From a virus: a DNA stretch of 26,954 bases. Below are positions 1-6,643 of the stretch, piece by piece. The stretch is from positions 1 to 26,954 of the IMG/VR virus record IMGVR_UViG_3300024518_000876; one strand, 5' to 3'. Positions within the stretch are counted from its first letter, which is position 1, and the number at the start of each line of letters is the position of its first letter. The translations under genes were made by a program, and so were the position numbers. A model generated the notes under the pieces. The model made no database searches. It saw only the letters and a list, made by a program, of their open reading frames with translations, and was not told the origin of the DNA.

Positions 1-2
1 CC

Positions 3-701
3 GTTAACGGCTAAATAAACATTATTAGAGGTTAATACACCACCGTTATAAGTGTTATTTACTTCTATATCTACAAATACACTTTGAGTAACTAAAGTAC
101 CGTTATAAGTGTTATTTATAAAATCATTTACTTGCCTACTAATATCTATGTAAATATTATTATCATTTAAAAATCTTGGTTTTTTTGTATAGGTGTAAGT
201 TGGTGTACTTGGTTTACTAACATTTAAAACACCCTCATAAATAAATACTTTGTATTCTGTACTGATACTACTAACTAAATTAGAGCCATCAAATACGGGT
301 GAAGATATAAAAAATGGACTTCTAACATTTATACGTCTAACTGAAACACTTAAATCAAACTCCACCTCAAAAGTTATCCCTGTAAATGTAGATACTCCAC
401 CACTAAATGCTATACTTTCATTTAAAGCCGTTATAGTTACAACATTGTCAAATCTACTAACTGAATACAAAGCTGGGTTTAAATCTCTATTACCAGCAAA
501 TTCAAATAATTGAGCGTTAAGAATACCTTGTTGAGTTGGGTCAGCTAATTGTACTGCAATTTCAAAAGATTGTGGGAATATATTTACATAATCCCAAACA
601 ACTTGAGTTGTAACACCTAATGTATCTTCTTGAGTTAATGTTATATTTTGCCCTACATTGGGTTGTGTATTATCAAATGTTAATTTTATAAAGTTGCTCA
701 T
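3..701 (-). CDS. Putative virion structural protein, 3' end runs off the window
   Basis: Not in the ORF track (no stop in window). ATG at 701 overlaps the TGA of 698..1210 (ATGA). Translates MSNFIKLTFDNTQPNVGQNITL...RINVRSPFFISS...NNTYNG; rich in T/V/N, in a morphogenesis context. Confidence 0.7.
   Translation of the reverse strand, partial: MSNFIKLTFDNTQPNVGQNITLTQEDTLGVTTQVVWDYVNIFPQSFEIAVQLADPTQQGILNAQLFEFAGNRDLNPALYSVSRFDNVVTITALNESIAFSGGVSTFTGITFEVEFDLSVSVRRINVRSPFFISSPVFDGSNLVSSISTEYKVFIYEGVLNVSKPSTPTYTYTKKPRFLNDNNIYIDISRQVNDFINNTYNGTLVTQSVFVDIEVNNTYNGGVLTSNNVYLAVN
42..118. repeat. 20-bp perfect direct repeat ACCGTTATAAGTGTTATTTA (42-61, 99-118)
   Basis: Read directly; copies are 57 bp (19 codons) apart and in frame, both encoding NNTYNG. 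Confidence 0.85.
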
Positions 702-1210
702 GTTGTAAAGTCTAAAAAGTTATCTAAATCTAGGTTAAATGCCTTAACTATTTCGTCTGGTAGTTTCTTAAATTGTTGTTCAAAAGATAAACTAAAAAAT
801 TTTGTAGGTTTTTGTCCTTTTGAAAATATATGCCTACTCATTATAAAACCAAATTGTTTTGCAGTAATAAACTTACCTGTTTTTTTATCTCTTGGTTTAA
901 TCCCTTTAGCCTTTGCCCATTTACCAAATACACTTGGTGGTGGTGGTTTAGTTGTATAAGAGTATGGTGTATCATATTTTTGGTCAACACCACTAACACC
1001 TTTATCTACATACTCACCATAATCTAACATTTCAAAACTAAATGAAACTATATTACCATTGTTAGATATTTTAGCGGGTGTAAAACTTAAAGAATTATAT
1101 AAATCACTTGTTGCATTCTTTTTTTCTTTTGTAAGTCTACTTCTTGACTGTTGTACAACTGCTTTACCAAACTTATTTAATGCTCTTTCTGTGTTTATGG
1201 GTTTACGCAT
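698..1210 (-). CDS. Putative neck/tail-completion protein
   Basis: 170 aa, basic; motifs LYNSL, MLDYGEYVDKGV, PPPSVFGKW, GQKPTKFF resemble phage head-tail completion proteins; position in the structural block. Confidence 0.55.
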   Translation of the reverse strand: MRKPINTERALNKFGKAVVQQSRSRLTKEKKNATSDLYNSLSFTPAKISNNGNIVSFSFEMLDYGEYVDKGVSGVDQKYDTPYSYTTKPPPPSVFGKWAKAKGIKPRDKKTGKFITAKQFGFIMSRHIFSKGQKPTKFFSLSFEQQFKKLPDEIVKAFNLDLDNFLDFTT

Positions 1211-1659
1211 ACGTCAATCTCTGGACTTGGTACTCCAATATTAAAAGTTAAATCCCATCCCGCTAATCTGTTTTGTGTTTCAGTATCTAAAACTTTATCA
1301 AATGTTGGTTGTCCATCAATATAAATACTTTCTCCTACTGAATTTCTTCTCATTAGCATAAAGAACCTCCTAATAATATTATCTGTATTATTATAAACCT
1401 CTTGTAAATTGTCATTACCTAAAAACTTCTCTTGTGTAATGTTGTTATTTTCTGTAACAATATCTAATACAGAAACAACCACAGTATAAATATTTAGATT
1501 TTCTTCTACTGTACCATTATTAACCACAATATGCGCCATAATAGGTATGTTTTGCCTGTATGCGTCTAAATCATCAATATCACCCTCAGTGATAGTAATA
1601 ACCCTTGCATCTGTCCTTAAAGTATCTTTTATGCCGTTTATTAATTTAAAGTAACTCAT
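1195..1659 (-). CDS. Putative tail-terminator-like structural protein
   Basis: 154 aa, acidic, ends NRLAGWDLTFNIGVP; size and position fit a tail terminator. Confidence 0.5.
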   Translation of the reverse strand: MSYFKLINGIKDTLRTDARVITITEGDIDDLDAYRQNIPIMAHIVVNNGTVEENLNIYTVVVSVLDIVTENNNITQEKFLGNDNLQEVYNNTDNIIRRFFMLMRRNSVGESIYIDGQPTFDKVLDTETQNRLAGWDLTFNIGVPSPEIDVCVNP

Positions 1660-1661
1660 GT

Positions 1662-1904
1662 TTATTTTTTTATAGGTCGCATTAATTTAGCCTTATCACT
1701 CTCAAAGGCTAATCTAAATAATACTTTATTGATAGGGATGTATTGTACTTCTTCAATTCTGATACGCTCTGCGCTAGCGTATGTATCATAAGTCTGATAC
1801 CATCCCCATTTTTTACTGAATCTAATTGCTCTATCGTCTGCACTTGTTCCGCTTGACTCATAAAGTTCTGGGTATCGTTTACTAATTCGCTCCCTAAATT
1901 CAAA
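1662..1904 (-). CDS. Alternative -1-frame C-terminus (80 aa) of the 1709..2428 gene; fusion about 255 aa
   Basis: -1 frame is open from the T10 run to TAA at 1664-1662 (FEFRERISKRYPEL...FSKKWGWYQTYD...LAFESDKAKLMRPIKK) and ends 2 nt before the next ATG (1659). A TGA lies just upstream of the run in this frame, and its only ATG is 6 codons from the end. Confidence 0.7.
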   Translation of the reverse strand, partial: FEFRERISKRYPELYESSGTSADDRAIRFSKKWGWYQTYDTYASAERIRIEEVQYIPINKVLFRLAFESDKAKLMRPIKK

Positions 1905-2428
1905 AAAAAAAGCAATGCGCTCTCATAAATCTCATAAGGCGCATCTTTAAAAATATCAGTATTATTTTTGTGGTTGTAGGCTTGTATTTTATAAGTTCCT
2001 TTTTTGTTCTTAGAAAACAAACTTTTGTAAAACTTCTCTTTTATTACGGGACGATAAAGTACGTTTAAAATACTGTAAGCATTTGCGTCAGCATTCCCCA
2101 ATAATTTATCTAACGTACCATATTCGCCCGTACTCATGTTTTCAATATCGGGAATAAACCCATATTTAACACCGTTTAAATCAAATGTTAAATGTAATGT
2201 ACTTTCAGTATTTAAAGCCTCTGTAACAACTTTTAATGCGTGTTGGTATTCTTTAAATGGTAACTTATCTACTAAAGAAATAGGTATATTTAAACACTCA
2301 GCTAATAATTGTGTTTCTGTAACTTCTGACTCTCTATCTTCTGCTATTTTATAAAGCCGACTAATACTTAAAAACCTTTCGACTGTTATATCTTTTTTAG
2401 TTTCTGGTATTGTGTAAGTTAAATTCAT
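1709..2428 (-). CDS. Conserved phage protein, probable tail-assembly-chaperone-type frameshifting gene (0-frame product 239 aa)
   Basis: ORF track; motifs YGFIPDIENMSTGEY, LYRPV, ALLFFL; contains the CTT TTT TTT TTG slippery run. Confidence 0.65.
   Translation of the reverse strand: MNLTYTIPETKKDITVERFLSISRLYKIAEDRESEVTETQLLAECLNIPISLVDKLPFKEYQHALKVVTEALNTESTLHLTFDLNGVKYGFIPDIENMSTGEYGTLDKLLGNADANAYSILNVLYRPVIKEKFYKSLFSKNKKGTYKIQAYNHKNNTDIFKDAPYEIYESALLFFLNLGSELVNDTQNFMSQAEQVQTIEQLDSVKNGDGIRLMIHTLAQSVSELKKYNTSLSIKYYLD
1902..1911 (-). promoter_or_regulatory. Candidate -1 frameshift / slippage site (T10)
   Basis: A10 on the + strand gives a T TTT TTT heptamer in the correct phase, followed by an open -1 frame. 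Confidence 0.65.
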
Positions 2429-2448
2429 TATAGATTTAGTTTATTAAT

Positions 2449-2461
2449 TGTAAATATACAA
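2449..2461 (-). promoter_or_regulatory. Candidate promoter element TTGTATATTTACA, copy 1
   Basis: Identical 13-mer at 4286-4298; both are intergenic and just upstream of morphogenesis genes; resembles the Bacteroidota -7 box TAnnTTTG. Confidence 0.5.
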
Positions 2462-2466
2462 TAAAT

Positions 2467-3627
2467 TTACCTTATATCTACACCGCTTTTTTTGTTACTT
2501 AAAGTCATTACTGCAAAGTATCTCATTGCATCTATACAATGATTGAAATTATCAATAGGTTTATTTAGTTTGTTTCCCTCTCGGTCTGTGTCCCAAGTGT
2601 AATTTCTTAATTCCTTAATTAAATTTGTACTTTGTTTAGTAACCTTAAAAGAGTTTTCTTGTAATAACGATATACCATAATTAATACTGTCTTTTCCTTT
2701 CTTAGCACCCTTTATAATAACTCCAGAACGTCTAATTTCTTCTATACTTTTTGGCTCGGCACTATCTGCAAAAATAAACCTCCTTAAATCTTTCTTGCAA
2801 AGTTTAGCAATATCATTATTTAATAAACCTGTTCTATAAACTGACTCATGAAAAATTATTTCATTGTTATATTTGTAAGCATCAATTAATGTTGTAGGGT
2901 CATTTGTATAACCAAAATCCATACCGCTACCTAAATACTTGGCATCTGTTGGTAAACTGTCAATCTGTTGCCAATTCTCAAACACTACACCGTCTAAATT
3001 ACCAACGTGACCAAGTCCATAAACATTATACCAATTTTTCCAAAAGTTAGATTTAACTGCTTTCTCTTTTGCTTTGAGTATAAAATCTATTGCCGACTGC
3101 GGGCAAGCCTCATTATCTTCATAAGTTAGTATTATAAAGTCAGTATCTTTATCCCCCTCTAATTCGTTATGAAACCAAAACTTTGCAGTAGGGTTCCAAT
3201 CTAAAAACACTTCTTTTTTTGTCCTACTTGCTAATTCTGTATATGCATGAAATGTCATATTGTTACATTCATTCATGTATAGAATATCTCTCCTTGCCCC
3301 TCTTAACTTTGCATCATTATCAGCACTAAAAAATTCTATGTAACTACCATTAGGAAACTGAAACTTTGAGTCTGTTCTGTTAAAATAATTATCATACCAA
3401 CGATTAGTTAATAGCATTATCTTTTTAAAGTCTTTTAACGCACCCCTTTTTAAATGTGGTATTGACTCAGCAACTATACTAATTTCTAAGTTAGGTGTTT
3501 GTATTGCCCTATTAATAAGAACAGGTAGAATACCGAAAGTTTTACCCGCAGATGTTCCACCTTGTATTCCCTTAATCCTTTTTTTTAAGGATAGTATTTT
3601 ATTTATTGCAGTTGTTCTTTTAAACAT
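2467..3627 (-). CDS. terL: Terminase large subunit, PBSX family
   Basis: Walker A QGGTSAGKT, Walker B ILYMNE, coupling motif DWNP, nuclease motifs GMDFGYTNDPT, ADSAEPKSI, NHCIDAMRY. Confidence 0.95.
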   Translation of the reverse strand: MFKRTTAINKILSLKKRIKGIQGGTSAGKTFGILPVLINRAIQTPNLEISIVAESIPHLKRGALKDFKKIMLLTNRWYDNYFNRTDSKFQFPNGSYIEFFSADNDAKLRGARRDILYMNECNNMTFHAYTELASRTKKEVFLDWNPTAKFWFHNELEGDKDTDFIILTYEDNEACPQSAIDFILKAKEKAVKSNFWKNWYNVYGLGHVGNLDGVVFENWQQIDSLPTDAKYLGSGMDFGYTNDPTTLIDAYKYNNEIIFHESVYRTGLLNNDIAKLCKKDLRRFIFADSAEPKSIEEIRRSGVIIKGAKKGKDSINYGISLLQENSFKVTKQSTNLIKELRNYTWDTDREGNKLNKPIDNFNHCIDAMRYFAVMTLSNKKSGVDIR

Positions 3628-3891
3628 TTATAGTTCATCTGGAAACAATGGTTGTATCTCGTTAATTGTTATGTCTTTTGTTTCTGTCGGTTTACCTAAA
3701 GAATACTCTAAAAGTAATTTACTAGCTGGTATATCTTGCTCATCAATCGCTTTACCTAATAGCATAGTCAAAACCTCTGCAAGTTTCTCAACTGTAACAA
3801 CACTTTTAACAACGTCTTTATATTCGTTCTTTCGTTTGTCTGCTCCTTTTGTTTTGGTGCTATGTCCTCCGTTTTGTTTTCGTTTATCCAT
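3628..3891 (-). CDS. Probable terminase small subunit
   Basis: 87 aa abutting terL upstream; RKQNGG N-terminus and ASKLLLEYSLGKP motif. Confidence 0.65.
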   Translation of the reverse strand: MDKRKQNGGHSTKTKGADKRKNEYKDVVKSVVTVEKLAEVLTMLLGKAIDEQDIPASKLLLEYSLGKPTETKDITINEIQPLFPDEL

Positions 3892-3932
3892 GATTAATAG
3901 AAATTAACTATTAATTTATTTATTAAATTTTT

Positions 3933-4283
3933 TTACTCTCTTTCGTACACCTTATTAATTTTGTTAATCCAAGTTTTCCAAGTAGATACCCCACAAGTGT
4001 AACAAGGTTTAACGCTCATTGCTAAACAGTCTTTTAATAGCCTCACAATTAGCTTAGTTTCTTCTAACTCTATTTTGTTTTGATTCGGTCTATTAATAAA
4101 TGTTTCCCACTCTAAACGCTCTGATTCGTTTAAGTTTCTTTTGTAAGGGAATAACTTATTTAACTTCTCTTGTCGTTTGTTGCAACCCTCGCATTCTCCT
4201 ACAAGTTTTTTGATACCTGTTACTTCTGTTATCTTTGCAACTGTGTCTCCTAATCCTTTTTTTGTTTTTCTTTTTCTTGCCAT
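3933..4283 (-). CDS. Conserved phage protein with CxxC pairs
   Basis: ATG at 4283 (MARKRK) preferred to TTG 4298, which lies within the promoter-like 13-mer; KGLGDTVAKIT, CEGC, CYTC. Confidence 0.75.
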   Translation of the reverse strand: MARKRKTKKGLGDTVAKITEVTGIKKLVGECEGCNKRQEKLNKLFPYKRNLNESERLEWETFINRPNQNKIELEETKLIVRLLKDCLAMSVKPCYTCGVSTWKTWINKINKVYERE

Positions 4284-4285
4284 AG

Positions 4286-4298
4286 TGTAAATATACAA
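4286..4298 (-). promoter_or_regulatory. Candidate promoter element TTGTATATTTACA, copy 2
   Basis: Identical to 2449-2461; upstream of the terminase operon. Confidence 0.5.
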
Positions 4299-4325
4299 AA
4301 TTTAAAAATACGCCATTAAAACGGC

Positions 4326-4638
4326 TCATAACACGTAATATAATTAATACTCTATTTCGTGCTTATCAATAACATATTTGGTAAACTCGTCAGCGGTTAA
4401 GTAGTGCTTCAATACATCATCAAAGTGCTTCATATCCCTTCGGGCGTTTACATCAGAGTTTCTAATTCTAATTAGTGCACTAACTACAATTCTATCTTCT
4501 TCATCTCTTGGTATCTTAACTAACACCCTCATACTTCTTTCGGTTTCTCTAACACTATCTAAAACCGCTTCATGCATTTTCATATCCATAATATTCTATT
4601 TTTTAAATACGTACTAATCATATTACCATTCATTAGGT
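4326..4638 (+). repeat. attC-like element E1, enclosing a whole gene
   Basis: TCATAAC 4326-4332; arms GTAATATAATTAATAC (4335-4350) and GTACTAATCATATTAC (4611-4626), 14/16 complementary; right core degenerate A|TTAGGT. Confidence 0.6.
4344..4589 (-). CDS. Hypothetical protein, nested in E1
   Basis: 81-aa ORF with ATG start and A-rich leader. Confidence 0.7.
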   Translation of the reverse strand: MDMKMHEAVLDSVRETERSMRVLVKIPRDEEDRIVVSALIRIRNSDVNARRDMKHFDDVLKHYLTADEFTKYVIDKHEIEY

Positions 4639-4839
4639 AACATTTACCCATTCGTCATTTTTAAATACTTCTACTTGCCACCATCTAAGCTCTGTTACCT
4701 CACCATTCATAGAGCTATCAATTTCATCACACCAAAGTATATTTATTATCCTATATTTTAATGGATTTAATCCTACCACAATACCTTCGTAGTAGCAATC
4801 ACCATCTTCTATATCTCTTATTTTATCTCCTATTTTCAT
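4633..4839 (-). CDS. Hypothetical cassette protein
   Basis: 68 aa, MKIGDKIR start suggests an SH3/KOW-like barrel; stop codon coincides with the TTA of the core site. Confidence 0.75.
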   Translation of the reverse strand: MKIGDKIRDIEDGDCYYEGIVVGLNPLKYRIINILWCDEIDSSMNGEVTELRWWQVEVFKNDEWVNVT

Positions 4840-4858
4840 ATTACTTAATTTAAACGTT

Positions 4859-4910
4859 ACCTAACAAAGTATAAAGTCCATTAAAACGCACCTTATACAA
4901 TGCGTTGTAA
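4859..4910 (+). repeat. attC-like element E2
   Basis: ACCTAAC aaa GTATAAAG tc CATTAAAACG ca CCTTATAC aatgc GTTGTAA. Confidence 0.8.
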
Positions 4911-4916
4911 GTAATA

Positions 4917-5129
4917 CTATCCTTCGTCTTCAAATTGATATATTGGGTGTAAAATAGATTTAGGGTTCTTCCTTTTTAATCCATTTTCGGTTATCTTTTT
5001 AATAGCATTGTTTATCACTTTTGCACCACCTTTGCTTATCCAAGTATCTCTACTATTTAAGTGGCTTTCAAAAGCAAGTGCTACATAATAAAGTTCTTTG
5101 TCTGTAAAATCTATTTTTTCTCGTCCCAT
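4917..5129 (-). CDS. Hypothetical cassette protein
   Basis: 70-aa ORF filling the interval between E2 and E3. Confidence 0.75.
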   Translation of the reverse strand: MGREKIDFTDKELYYVALAFESHLNSRDTWISKGGAKVINNAIKKITENGLKRKNPKSILHPIYQFEDEG

Positions 5130-5161
5130 ATTTAAGTTTTGTTATTAATTATCCGTACTAC

Positions 5162-5212
5162 TTACAACTAATATTAAACAACATTAAAACGTTGTTTACT
5201 CTTTAGTTATGT
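5162..5212 (+). repeat. attC-like element E3
   Basis: TTACAAC..TAAACAAC ATTAAAAC GTTGTTTA..GTTATGT. Confidence 0.75.
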
Positions 5213-5458
5213 GCAATTTAATTTTAAAATATTTTTTGCACTGCTTTCTTTATACGCTCGCCACAAGCTACGTCTTTGCCAATAGTTAAAATGTATTACA
5301 GTTGGTGTCTGTATTTTAATTGACCTTCTGCCGTTTGCTATCCATAGGTGTATTCCCCAAGTATCATTCATATATCTACATTCACCTAATTCCCATTGCT
5401 CGCTATTTTCATCCATAGAAGCAATTATTTTGTTTACTAATTCTTTCTTGTTTTCCAT
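5207..5458 (-). CDS. Hypothetical cassette protein
   Basis: ATG at 5458; stop codon coincides with the TTA of the E3 core. Confidence 0.75.
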   Translation of the reverse strand: MENKKELVNKIIASMDENSEQWELGECRYMNDTWGIHLWIANGRRSIKIQTPTVIHFNYWQRRSLWRAYKESSAKNILKLNCT

Positions 5459-5493
5459 CAAAAATATTTTAAAATTAAACTGTTCACTTCGTC

Positions 5494-5554
5494 ACATAAC
5501 AATGTATATAATTAACTCCATTTCATTCCGCAAATCATATACGGAACGTTATAA
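5494..5554 (+). repeat. attC-like element E4
   Basis: ACATAAC aat GTATATAATT..AATCATATAC ggaac GTTATAA. Confidence 0.8.
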
Positions 5555-5558
5555 ATAA

Positions 5559-5765
5559 TTAAATTACTTCATTCGCTCCTTTTGGTAATTCAGCCCAATG
5601 CGTTATTGGGTTGTCCGTTACAAAATCACCGCCCCAATTTTGCCAAAAACCTCTATCACTTAAATTTGAGTAATTAGCTATAAATATTCCGTTATTTTTT
5701 AAGCAAACAAGGTAAATACCAATTGTTTTTTTTGGCAAACTTTCTTTTATATCAATCCATTCCAT
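5559..5765 (-). CDS. DUF551-like phage protein
   Basis: MEWIDIKESLP...YLV...ITHWAELP pattern; start moved to ATG 5765 because the longer ORF-track start lies in E5. Confidence 0.75.
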   Translation of the reverse strand: MEWIDIKESLPKKTIGIYLVCLKNNGIFIANYSNLSDRGFWQNWGGDFVTDNPITHWAELPKGANEVI

Positions 5766-5776
5766 AATTAAACTAT

Positions 5777-5837
5777 TAATAACATTGTTTATATTCCATT
5801 TTCGTACCTCAAACGGTACATACACTAACCGTTATGG
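5777..5837 (+). repeat. attC-like element E5
   Basis: TAATAAC att GTTTAT..CC.TTT..AAA.GG..ATACAC taacc GTTATGG. Confidence 0.65.
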
Positions 5838-5842
5838 TGCAA

Positions 5843-5938
5843 TTAAAAAAGACACATAACACCGTATAAAAACAATGCTATACTTATCCCTATTAAAACT
5901 GCTTTTGTTGCACTTGGATAATTTGGTAATTTTCTCAT
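5843..5938 (-). CDS. 31-aa hydrophobic microprotein starting inside E6
   Basis: Below the ORF-track cutoff: MRKLPNYPSATKAVLIGISIALFLYGVMCLF; A-rich leader; one TM-like stretch. Confidence 0.5.
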   Translation of the reverse strand: MRKLPNYPSATKAVLIGISIALFLYGVMCLF

Positions 5939-5985
5939 AGTTTTATCTTTTTAATTCGCACTTTTCTTATACAATCACGTTATAA
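5854..5985 (+). repeat. attC-like element E6 (long loop)
   Basis: ACATAAC acc GTATAAAAACAATGC (5864-5878)..GCACTTTTCTTATAC (5958-5972) aatcac GTTATAA; arms 12/15 complementary. Confidence 0.75.
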
Positions 5986-6186
5986 TTAATCAATCCATAA
6001 TACCGACCTTGTAGAAGTGTAACTATCTCCACTAATATACCCAATCGGTAATAAAACATACTCTTCTTCTAAGTAAGCATCTCCATCTTCAAATTTTATA
6101 TCTTTAATTGTAGTACTTGGTTTTATCCAACCTTTTTTAATGTACTCTTTTAATTTATTTTTTCTGTTCTCTATTATTTTATTCAT
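5986..6186 (-). CDS. Hypothetical cassette protein
   Basis: 66-aa ORF between E6 and E7. Confidence 0.75.
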   Translation of the reverse strand: MNKIIENRKNKLKEYIKKGWIKPSTTIKDIKFEDGDAYLEEEYVLLPIGYISGDSYTSTRSVLWID

Positions 6187-6200
6187 ATTTTTAAATTTAA

Positions 6201-6253
6201 TTATAACACTATGTATAGCACATTAAAACGATGCCATACACAATACGTTGTAA
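6201..6253 (+). repeat. attC-like element E7
   Basis: TTATAAC acta TGTATAGCA CATTAAAACG a TGCCATACA caatac GTTGTAA. Confidence 0.8.
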
Positions 6254-6262
6254 GTAATTGTA

Positions 6263-6643
6263 CTAAACCTTGTTAATTGTATCTTCACATGGTCTGCAAA
6301 TATTGTAAGTCACTTTAGCCTTGTTTTCATTGCATACTTCGCACAACTGTTCGCTTTGCCGTACAACACTGGGTATAGCAAATGATTCTTTGGCTTCATA
6401 TTTAGCTACTATTTCAGCCTTATCTATAAATTCATTACCTCCATCTTTTTCAAGCATTGTAAGTAAGCCAATTAACAGTTCACTTCGTTTGCTAATATTT
6501 TGTATAGTTAAATTTTTAACCTTACATTTTAGCTCCTTTATATCTTCCTTGTACTTGTCACAGTATTTACTTAGCCCTGCAACTGCTTGCCTACTCATCT
6601 TTAGGTCTTCCTGCAATTCTCTTATTTTTCCTTTTTGTGCCAT
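6263..6643 (-). CDS. Hypothetical coiled-coil protein with C-terminal CxxC..CxxC; reads through two attC-like left arms
   Basis: 126 aa; internal repeats LTIQNISKRSELL and FAIPSVVRQSEQL map onto the arms at 6474-6510 and 6345-6380. Confidence 0.75.
   Translation of the reverse strand: MAQKGKIRELQEDLKMSRQAVAGLSKYCDKYKEDIKELKCKVKNLTIQNISKRSELLIGLLTMLEKDGGNEFIDKAEIVAKYEAKESFAIPSVVRQSEQLCEVCNENKAKVTYNICRPCEDTINKV
6361..6380 (+). repeat. Orphan attC-like left arm E8 inside a CDS
   Basis: GTACAAC actgg GTATAGCA, similar to the left arm of E7; no clear right arm. Confidence 0.55.

Noticed and set aside
5766-5825. ORF-track N-terminal extensions (5825, also 4298, 13658, 14169)
   Set aside because: They overlap hairpins, the promoter-like motif or neighbouring genes; downstream ATGs give family-typical N-termini.
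4859-6253. Rho-independent terminator interpretation of the hairpins
   Set aside because: Stems are AT-rich and bulged with no consistent U-tract, and termination would not explain the unit-specific terminal complementarity. An added RNA-level role is not excluded.
6454-6466. GCATTGTAAGTAA as the missing right core of E8
   Set aside because: Similar to the E2/E7 right ends but has no complementary arm before it.
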